Virus record (IMG/VR): IMGVR_UViG_3300032103_000014
Length of the DNA stretch: 34,817 nt
Source: a virus
Direction: 5' to 3' (one strand)
A program made the position numbers and the translations under genes. The stretch's first letter is position 1, and every line of letters starts with the position of its first letter. Shown piece by piece: positions 27,448 through 33,850 of this stretch. The notes beneath the pieces were generated by a model that did no database searches, was not told the DNA's origin, and saw only the letters and a list, made by a program, of their open reading frames with translations.

Positions 27448-28250
27448 ATCACTATACTTACTTGCTGTCTACCAATAACAGCAATAACCAAACCATCTAC
27501 TACATCGGTGTTAGGTCCAGTAAGTGTGCTCCAGCCGATGATATCACATATATGGGCAGTTCCAAATTAGTAGACTTTATGCGAACGCTTGATATTAAGT
27601 TTACTAAAGAAATTCTCGCTACATACGAAACCCGCGAACAAGCAGAACTAGGTGAGCAAGAGTTCTTTAATACACTTGAGTGCATTGAACGTGCAGAGTT
27701 CATAAACTTACATAGTCATAAAAACCCATATGAAGTAGGTAGGGCAACAACTAAAATGAGTTACTTCAAGCAGTTGTTCCCGCAACTAAAACCTGGGCAT
27801 TTTGTTGATTCATTTAATAAAATTACACAAGCAGACTTTAAGTTTTGTGTGTTCAAAGGGAACCTATATTGGTACTTTATCAATCACCCTGATAACCTAA
27901 AGCATTATTGGCACACCACTGGAACCAAAACATATTGGCCAGGACGCAGTGACCGGTTACTATCTATTAAACACAGTGAACCAAAATACTACCTAACTGA
28001 TGTTGAAACAGTATCCGGTACACCTTTTGAACAAATACAACAACTTCTAGATTACCATTATGTGAAAGGTCAACGCACACACATACTAGAAACTATTGAA
28101 GAACAAATGAAATTATTAGGTAATAACGAGCGAGAATCTGCTATAGAACTCATAAAACCGCAGATTTTACCCGATAATCGCTATATTTTTAACAGAATTG
28201 TTAAATACAATACAAAGGTAAACAAGCAGTTGACAAAACCAAACTGCTAA
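27444..28250 (+). CDS. GIY-YIG (Seg-like) homing endonuclease
   Basis: 268 aa. The N-terminus reads HYTYLLSTNNSNNQTIYYIGVRS...DDITYMGSSKLVDFMRTLDIKFTKEILATYETREQAELGEQEFF. This matches the xxYxY ... YIG ... Y-x-GS ... F-x-K-E-I-L ... E-x-A ... E pattern of free-standing phage GIY-YIG endonucleases. A long C-terminal region would serve for DNA binding. ATGA overlap with the upstream ORF. Confidence 0.65.
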   Translation: MNHYTYLLSTNNSNNQTIYYIGVRSSKCAPADDITYMGSSKLVDFMRTLDIKFTKEILATYETREQAELGEQEFFNTLECIERAEFINLHSHKNPYEVGRATTKMSYFKQLFPQLKPGHFVDSFNKITQADFKFCVFKGNLYWYFINHPDNLKHYWHTTGTKTYWPGRSDRLLSIKHSEPKYYLTDVETVSGTPFEQIQQLLDYHYVKGQRTHILETIEEQMKLLGNNERESAIELIKPQILPDNRYIFNRIVKYNTKVNKQLTKPNC

Positions 28251-28258
28251 CTTATAAT
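28230..28258 (+). promoter_or_regulatory. perfect sigma70 consensus promoter (TTGACA - 17 nt - TATAAT) firing into the ORF-free gap
   Basis: TTGACA at 28230-28235, a 17-nt spacer, and TATAAT at 28253-28258. It overlaps the last codons and the stop (28248-28250) of the GIY-YIG gene. The predicted start is about 28264-28266. Confidence 0.8.
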
Positions 28259-28264
28259 AATTAA

Positions 28265-28749
28265 ATGGTACAACACTATGGCACATCTAAATTGGGAAAA
28301 AGTTTCTAAGCGTCGTAGCAAAACAAATCATTAGGCACTTCAACCGCTAACAAGCAAAAATGTAATGGGGGTTAAAACACGACCCGCCCGTATACTACAA
28401 AATTTACCTAAGTCAATGGCGTGAAAGGTCTAGACTGAATTCGGTTACCAGGCGATGGCATATGGTTGCTTTAAAAGAGCGTGAAACGAGACGGATGGAT
28501 AATAAAGTTTGTAGTTAGGTCCCATACCAAGGGCATAAACTAGATAAACCTAACTTGGGCTGGCTTACACGTAGAAAATGCGTGTTGCTAACTTATGACT
28601 TCACTTAATGACATCTCTTGTAAAACAATTAATTATTAAACAATTACAACAAAGGATAACAAGCCAAACGCATCACTCCGTTCGCGTTTAGCAATAAAAT
28701 GTATGTCTGCGACGCTCGTCTGCGACATCACTTGCAGCACATACATTTT
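28265..28749 (+). ncRNA. candidate untranslated transcript of about 485 nt running from promoter to terminator. Function unknown
   Basis: It is bounded by the consensus promoter and the terminator-like hairpin at 28696-28749. No ORF of 60 aa or more exists in any frame. Local helices: AGTTAGGT (28513-28520) with ACCTAACT (28548-28555), ACACG (28567-28571) with CGTGT (28581-28585), and AAACGC (28666-28671) with GCGTTT (28684-28689). GCGTGAAA is a direct repeat at 28419 and 28479. No known RNA family recognised. Confidence 0.4.
28696..28749 (+). terminator. terminator-like long hairpin flanked by an A-tract and a T-tract
   Basis: AAAATGTATGT (28696-28706) pairs perfectly with ACATACATTTT (28739-28749). 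CTGC (28707-28710) pairs with GCAG (28834 is not involved; the partner is 28734-28737) across a 1-nt bulge. The apical region carries the direct repeat CTGCGAC twice. T-rich sequence follows. Confidence 0.5.
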
Positions 28750-28770
28750 AACTTGCATTTATTTCTTTTA

Positions 28771-28861
28771 GTTCAATTGAAAGACGAAGTGCAATAAAAA
28801 CACATCAATTGAACGAGCGACAGCGAAGTTCCTGATGTGTTTTTGAGTCCTCGCAGGACTC
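28771..28861 (+). promoter_or_regulatory. cluster of three stem-loops, two overlapping and mutually interfering; attenuator-like
   Basis: Hairpin 1: GTTCAATTGA (28771-28780) with TCAATTGAAC (28805-28814), 10 bp. Hairpin 2: AAAAACACATCA (28796-28807) with TGATGTGTTTTT (28833-28844), 12 bp, with terminator architecture. Hairpin 3: GAGTCCT-CGC-AGGACTC (28845-28861). The right arm of hairpin 1 overlaps the left arm of hairpin 2 and fills its loop. Confidence 0.5.
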
Positions 28862-28953
28862 CATTAAGTGATAACATTACACCTGTTAATTACTACATAA
28901 CTCAAGTAAAATAAACAATTAACTATAAATATATTAAACAAAAAGGAAATGAA

Positions 28954-29505
28954 ATGAGAGGAAGACCAAAAGGCTATAGCCCTGGACCTAGACGAGAAGT
29001 TGACAGCACTTCTGGTGAATGGACTTGGAGCCACGAACGTTTACAAGCCAAAATACAAACAGCAGATGACGCGAGTTGCTGGAATTGGACCGGCGCACGA
29101 GGCCCACAAGGAAACTTATTTGGCGCATATAAAAACGGGCAACAACAAATGACCCAAGCCAATAGACTAATCTACGCCCGTCACACCAACACAGACATTA
29201 CAGGCAAGCACGTGTTTATGACTTGCCGAAACAAACATTGCTGTAACTACAATCATATGACAACACTTGCACAACCAAAGCGAGGCCCACAAACAATTAC
29301 ACTAGTAATCGGCTTCCACGAACAGCAAGCATTAACAGCAGAACAAAACTTACAAGCAAAACTACTGCTCAAAACAGCAGAAGTCATTGACCAAGGAATT
29401 GACCACGAGTTTGAATACAAATGGTTCAAAGTAACAAAAAAGTCTTGGTTCCTAGCACAACTAACAGACCCAGAATCAGCAAGTAAATTTACTATAAGGA
29501 AATGA
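28954..29505 (+). CDS. HNH-fold protein with a substituted catalytic His, likely a nuclease-dead DNA-binding derivative
   Basis: 183 aa. The segment CWNWTGARGPQGNLFGAY...ANRLIYARH...GKHVFMTCRNKHCCNYNHM aligns by eye with the intact HNH at 32537 (CIEWTGSKLPSGYGRL...AHRYVAAQH...GKIVCHKCDNPSCVNIDHL). The first His is replaced by Met, and the D of CDN by R. The N-terminus has an RGRPKG AT-hook-like motif. Confidence 0.6.
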   Translation: MRGRPKGYSPGPRREVDSTSGEWTWSHERLQAKIQTADDASCWNWTGARGPQGNLFGAYKNGQQQMTQANRLIYARHTNTDITGKHVFMTCRNKHCCNYNHMTTLAQPKRGPQTITLVIGFHEQQALTAEQNLQAKLLLKTAEVIDQGIDHEFEYKWFKVTKKSWFLAQLTDPESASKFTIRK

Positions 29506-29506
29506 A

Positions 29507-29728
29507 ATGACAGAGATAAAAGAAATACTGCCTAAAGCAAGTATAACAGCCTATATGATGATTAAACTTACAAAAGAAGGAAACTTCGTAGAACTTAAAC
29601 CCACTTATGGCGCACATAAAGCAATAGGCGGTTATTGGGCAAGTCTAGAAGAAGTGCAACACGAACAAATGGTTAAAGCACTGTTAGAAGAACAGTACAG
29701 AGTCTTTCAAGTAGATTGGAAATTATAA
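29507..29728 (+). CDS. hypothetical protein (73 aa)
   Basis: Preceded by AAGGAAATGAAATG. Closely packed with its neighbours. Confidence 0.55.
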   Translation: MTEIKEILPKASITAYMMIKLTKEGNFVELKPTYGAHKAIGGYWASLEEVQHEQMVKALLEEQYRVFQVDWKL

Positions 29729-30033
29729 TGTTTAACAGCATATTTGGATCAGCAGCACACGCACACGCCGCACAGCAAATGTTCGGCACTCGCGCACATA
29801 ATAGCCCACAAGGCTTGGCTAATCAATCAAGTCTAGCACAGCAACAAGCAAATACATACAGTCAAGGGCTACTACAAAGTCAACTGTATAATCAAATGTT
29901 AAATGCATCACGCGGCAAACCACGTTATGTGTTTAATGATATTGAATGTGCAACACTACAAGAATTCGCTCAATTGATGTTCCCAGACGATAAAGAAAGT
30001 CAAATGATGCTAATACTAAAACACGGAGCATAA
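29728..30033 (+). CDS. hypothetical Gln-rich protein (101 aa)
   Basis: I prefer the ATG at 29728 (MFNSIFGS...), which overlaps the upstream TAA by 1 nt, over the track TTG at 29716. Confidence 0.5.
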   Translation: MFNSIFGSAAHAHAAQQMFGTRAHNSPQGLANQSSLAQQQANTYSQGLLQSQLYNQMLNASRGKPRYVFNDIECATLQEFAQLMFPDDKESQMMLILKHGA

Positions 30034-30037
30034 AGCA

Positions 30038-30301
30038 ATGGCAAGAAATGGACCCACAATAATATTAGAACAAGAACAAGATACAATAACACTACAGATA
30101 ACAGAAGCCAGTGTAATGTATCAACTAACATATAAAAACAAGCCTTTTGGAATTAGAAGACTAGTACCTGGATTAGGCACATTAAAGAAAGTCTACGGTA
30201 AGACTACATACGACAATGAAGGTAGTGCAAGAGCAACTACTCGCAAACTAAACAAAACGTTCAACACACAAGACTTCTCATACAAGAAGATTACGTTTTG
30301 A
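30038..30301 (+). CDS. hypothetical protein (87 aa)
   Basis: ORF in a tightly packed + strand series. No motif. Confidence 0.5.
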   Translation: MARNGPTIILEQEQDTITLQITEASVMYQLTYKNKPFGIRRLVPGLGTLKKVYGKTTYDNEGSARATTRKLNKTFNTQDFSYKKITF

Positions 30302-30302
30302 T

Positions 30303-30557
30303 TTGGAACCATCATTTACCATACATATAATGCAACCATTTACAACACCCCTACCAGGAAGAACACTTGCTAAAAAGTTCGGCCCTAACATTGTTGATCG
30401 CGAAGATTACAAAATGCACATACTATTAAGAGAATGGAAGCCAGGACTGTTTGAGATTCTCATTGAACGATGGATGCCAGAAACAGGTTGGACCAGCACA
30501 CAAATACTAGCAGACACAGAAGAACTAGAGCGTATTCGTCAAGTACTGGGCTGCTAA
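30303..30557 (+). CDS. hypothetical protein (84 aa; start uncertain, TTG at 30303 or ATG at 30330)
   Basis: ORF in series. Neither candidate start has a clear RBS. Confidence 0.4.
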   Translation: MEPSFTIHIMQPFTTPLPGRTLAKKFGPNIVDREDYKMHILLREWKPGLFEILIERWMPETGWTSTQILADTEELERIRQVLGC

Positions 30558-30591
30558 GTCCGCTAAATATTATATAATTAGGAATTGCAGA

Positions 30592-32547
30592 ATGTCACAA
30601 TTAAAAAAGAGTTATACAGAAATCAGTGTTCCGCTAAACAAAATGTCCTTTACTCCGGACGTTCCAAGCAATGCACTTGCTGCCAATGAATACAATGCAG
30701 GCGAAAACGTTGAAACAGACGTTAGAGGCATTCGCAGTGTTCTAGGTGAAGCAGAAATATTAAACAGTGTGCCCGGCACGCCAACTTACATTACCGGCGG
30801 CTTTAGGCACAGTGGAGAGTTTTGGTTCATCGTAGCAACCACAGCAGCCCAATGGTGGGCTAGCAATGGTACAGGAGGATGGACTAACATTACCCCTACC
30901 AACCCAAACTGGACTAACACACGCTTTGATCGCACATATGATCAAAGTATGAACATTACAGAAGCCTGGAACGGTACTGTACCTATTTTTAACGACACAA
31001 TCAATCCTCCATTCTTCTGGGAAGATGATGCTACTAATCCTACTAAACCATTAACTCTTTACAGCAACGAAGTTCCTCACGGTATTGATACTATTGCTTA
31101 CTATAGTCCTACTGTGCAGAAGATTACTGTTGCAACAGCATATACCACAGCACCTTTTGCTCCAGGCGATAAGATTGTTATTACAGGTACAAACAACTTC
31201 TATAACGGTACATTCACAGTAGCAGACATTGGCGGCGGAGTTGGTTCTACTACAACAGAGATTTACTACCTAGCAAGTCCAGGCGGCGCTTACAGTGCTA
31301 GTAGTCCGCAAGTTGCGGCAGCATACACTTGGAACTATGATCCTAATTTAAAGAACGTAGCAGCAGGCTTTATGCGTATCTACAGTACTCCTAACGTAGG
31401 TAACATTCTAGTAGCCGGTGATTTATACACTACGGCATTAGACAACAGCGTTCACAACTATCCTGTTACAGTACAATGGAGTCAGGCTTTTGGTATTAAC
31501 GATGCTCCATTAAGTTGGCAACCTACAGTGCTTAACGTGGCTAACCAATTGGAAGTTCCGTTAAGAGGTCGTGTGCTAGATGCTTTCCCGGCTAACGGTA
31601 ACTTGTATCTATGTTCATATTGGGACACAGTTGTGTTTACGCCTATGAACTATGCAACAACATCAACTCCTATCCTAGGTGTTAGATTGTTTAATCAAGG
31701 CCGCGGACTTATCAACGCTAACTGCTGGGCAAACACAGACAACGTAGTCTACGGTATTGATGCACGTGACATTTGGATGTTTAACGGCAGTTCATTCCAA
31801 GGTATAGGTAACCAGCGTGTCAAGCATTGGTTCTTTGATCAATTGGATCCACAGTACTGGGCTCGGGTTTATATGATAACAAACACAGAGAAGAACCAAA
31901 TTGAGATTTACTTCCCGGATGCAAACGCTAGTGAAGGTGTGCCGAATAAGATGTTGAGTTATCGTTATGACCTAGACTGCTGGAATGCTCCACGTGACGT
32001 GCTTAAGGCTACATTTGCTTGCGAAAGTCCGGAATGGAGTGAAGTAAGTCCTAGCGTATGGGACTTTAATCCTGCTAGCCGTACAGTTGTATATGCTAAA
32101 GGTGCAGAAGATACTCCGCTAATCCAAAAGGATGATGGCTATCTATTCATCAAAGCAGATGGCGACACAAGACCTATCGTTAGTAGTTTCCGCAGAGACA
32201 ATATCAAGTTAGTTAAAGACTATTCAAGCAAGAGTTTAGTACATCGTGTGCTACCTGAGATCGTTAACTTGAACAGCAACAACGTGGCAATTGATCCTAG
32301 CGTTGATACAGCATTAATAGGCAATGTAGGCGCAACTATTGAAGGTGCTAACAGTGTAGGACAAACTCCTCAATACCGTGTTGCACAATACATTAGCACC
32401 GATACTGATTATCCTTGGGTACAGATTAACCAAAATGCTAATCGTGTAAGTTCAATTGAACTAAGCAGTGACTCAACAACACCAGGCACTATTTGGATGT
32501 GCTGTTCAATAACATTTCAGTTCGCGGAGGTTGAAGATGACCGCTGA
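30592..32547 (+). CDS. virion structural protein, possibly tail tubular/nozzle (gp12-like)
   Basis: 651 aa, aromatic- and Asn-rich in a beta-type composition. RBS TAGGAA. Size and position at the head of the tail/internal-protein block fit this role. It shares an APFxPGxxIxITG....YNGTFTV module with the 32965 protein. Confidence 0.45.
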   Translation: MSQLKKSYTEISVPLNKMSFTPDVPSNALAANEYNAGENVETDVRGIRSVLGEAEILNSVPGTPTYITGGFRHSGEFWFIVATTAAQWWASNGTGGWTNITPTNPNWTNTRFDRTYDQSMNITEAWNGTVPIFNDTINPPFFWEDDATNPTKPLTLYSNEVPHGIDTIAYYSPTVQKITVATAYTTAPFAPGDKIVITGTNNFYNGTFTVADIGGGVGSTTTEIYYLASPGGAYSASSPQVAAAYTWNYDPNLKNVAAGFMRIYSTPNVGNILVAGDLYTTALDNSVHNYPVTVQWSQAFGINDAPLSWQPTVLNVANQLEVPLRGRVLDAFPANGNLYLCSYWDTVVFTPMNYATTSTPILGVRLFNQGRGLINANCWANTDNVVYGIDARDIWMFNGSSFQGIGNQRVKHWFFDQLDPQYWARVYMITNTEKNQIEIYFPDANASEGVPNKMLSYRYDLDCWNAPRDVLKATFACESPEWSEVSPSVWDFNPASRTVVYAKGAEDTPLIQKDDGYLFIKADGDTRPIVSSFRRDNIKLVKDYSSKSLVHRVLPEIVNLNSNNVAIDPSVDTALIGNVGATIEGANSVGQTPQYRVAQYISTDTDYPWVQINQNANRVSSIELSSDSTTPGTIWMCCSITFQFAEVEDDR

Positions 32548-32965
32548 TCGTTTTAATACTAAGACTGTGACAATGGAGAATGGATGTATTGAATGGACCG
32601 GCAGCAAATTACCATCCGGTTATGGCAGGCTGCGAGTAGGAAAGAAAATTGAATTGGCGCATAGATATGTTGCGGCTCAACACGGATTCACTATAACAGG
32701 AAAAATAGTTTGTCACAAATGTGATAATCCAAGTTGCGTTAATATTGATCATCTATTCGTCGGCACGCAAGCGGATAATGTTAAAGATATGATGAACAAA
32801 AAGCGCAACGGCTATAATCCTGACCTAGGTAAACTTTCAGTAGATGATGTAAGAACCATTCGCTCTTCTACTTTAAGTAGAATAGAACTTGCTAACAAAT
32901 ATAATGTAACTCCTCAATATATTACAAGCGTTAAACGTGGACTGTATAGAAAGGATGTAGTATAA
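32537..32965 (+). CDS. HNH homing endonuclease (HNH_3-like, with a C-terminal HTH-like tail)
   Basis: CIEWTGSKLPSGYGRLRVGKKIELAHRYV...GKIVCHKCDNPSCVNIDHLFVGTQADNVKDM is the classic phage HNH signature. GGAGG lies 6 nt upstream of the ATG at 32537 (the track uses the TTG at 32531). It overlaps the upstream gene by 11 nt and the downstream ATG by 1 nt. Confidence 0.88.
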   Translation: MTADRFNTKTVTMENGCIEWTGSKLPSGYGRLRVGKKIELAHRYVAAQHGFTITGKIVCHKCDNPSCVNIDHLFVGTQADNVKDMMNKKRNGYNPDLGKLSVDDVRTIRSSTLSRIELANKYNVTPQYITSVKRGLYRKDVV

Positions 32966-33846
32966 TGGCACAGTTTCCTATAGTAGACAAAAGCGGTATC
33001 TACGATGCGTTAAACTATGTGTTAAGTGGCCCCACTAGCCTAGGGCAAGAGTTTGCTTACTATAATAGCAACGGCCTAGAGCAATGGGACTTAACCGGAA
33101 ACTATCGCTTACCGTTTACGCAAGTTAGTTACAATCCTCCTCACGTTCCGGGCGTTAACCTTTACGTTGCTCCTATTGCTTTAAGCACTAGTGAAATGCT
33201 AGATGAATATACTTGGAAGTATACATTTGCAACACCGTATGGATCTGCTCCTTTTATCAACGGGCAGAACGTTACAGTTGCAGGTGTAGCCGACAGTTAC
33301 TATGATGGTACCTATACGCCAATTGGTGTAGTTGAGTGTACCGACACTTATGTTATAGTTAAAACTCAAAGTCCTTATGCTATAGTCGCTCCTAGTACAG
33401 GCGGCACAGTGGGACTAGACAGTATGGGTTATGCAATCAGTACTGACTGTAATGGTCGCGTAACAGTTAACGGTAATAGCGACATTGTCAGCATCAGTAA
33501 CCAAATTAATTTTGAACTGTTTGCAGATCCGGCCTATGTAGGCAGTTACTATTGCAATGTGCGTCTCAATAGATATCACGGCGAAACTAACAATGATCCT
33601 ATTAACCCGGACTACATCTTCATATATGACAAGACTATTGCATACAAAGAGTTCTTAGTGCCTACTACCGTAGTAAGTCACACAATTGAACTTGAAAGCA
33701 TCTTAACAAGTATTATAGATCAACCGGGTCCGGGCTACTTCTGGTACATTCTAGAATTAGAATATATAGACAACAGTGGCGGCAACATAGTCACTAACTG
33801 TATTCTAAAGCAGCGAAGTTTTGCTGCACAAGTATTGAAAACGTAA
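32965..33846 (+). CDS. virion structural protein (293 aa)
   Basis: It shares the SAPFINGQNVTVAGVADSYYDGTYTP module with the 30592 protein and lies in the structural block. Confidence 0.5.
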   Translation: MAQFPIVDKSGIYDALNYVLSGPTSLGQEFAYYNSNGLEQWDLTGNYRLPFTQVSYNPPHVPGVNLYVAPIALSTSEMLDEYTWKYTFATPYGSAPFINGQNVTVAGVADSYYDGTYTPIGVVECTDTYVIVKTQSPYAIVAPSTGGTVGLDSMGYAISTDCNGRVTVNGNSDIVSISNQINFELFADPAYVGSYYCNVRLNRYHGETNNDPINPDYIFIYDKTIAYKEFLVPTTVVSHTIELESILTSIIDQPGPGYFWYILELEYIDNSGGNIVTNCILKQRSFAAQVLKT

Positions 33847-33850
33847 AGTA

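Noticed and set aside
28265-28334. Mini-ORFs at the start of the untranslated region. One is a possible leaderless ATG at 28265 (14 codons, ending 28309). The other is an ATG at 28278 (18 codons, MAHLNWEKVSKRRSKTNH, ending 28334).
   Set aside because: They are very short, have no RBS, and I have no conservation evidence. They cannot be distinguished from chance ATGs. Noted only because the first ATG coincides with the predicted transcription start.
28330-28620. A tRNA, tmRNA or known riboswitch in the gap. Examples: the G-run at 28367-28371 followed by CCCGCCC, and GGCGATGG at 28451-28458, which resembles the 5' part of the fluoride (crcB) motif.
   Set aside because: There is no cloverleaf, no T-loop GTTCRA and no CCA-proximal acceptor pairing. 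The 3' half of the crcB consensus (CUGAUGAUxCCUAC-like) is absent. The similarity is limited to a single octamer.
28650-28662. A DnaA-box-like sequence (AGGATAACA, whose reverse complement is TGTTATCCT) in the AT-rich part of the gap.
   Set aside because: It matches only TTATCC of the TTATCCACA consensus. It is a single copy and is expected by chance.
28251-28953. A group I intron, suggested by the adjacent GIY-YIG endonuclease gene and the structured, ORF-free sequence.
   Set aside because: I could not identify a split host gene. The upstream ORFs are translationally coupled complete genes, and the downstream ORF has its own RBS and start. I could not recognise the P3-P8 core or P7 G-binding elements by eye. 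It is still worth a covariance-model scan.
30573-30578. A TATAAT hexamer upstream of the 30592 gene, considered as a late promoter.
   Set aside because: No acceptable -35 element lies at 16-19 nt (GCTGCT / GGCTGC) and there is no extended -10 TG. A lone TATAAT in AT-rich intergenic DNA is weak evidence.
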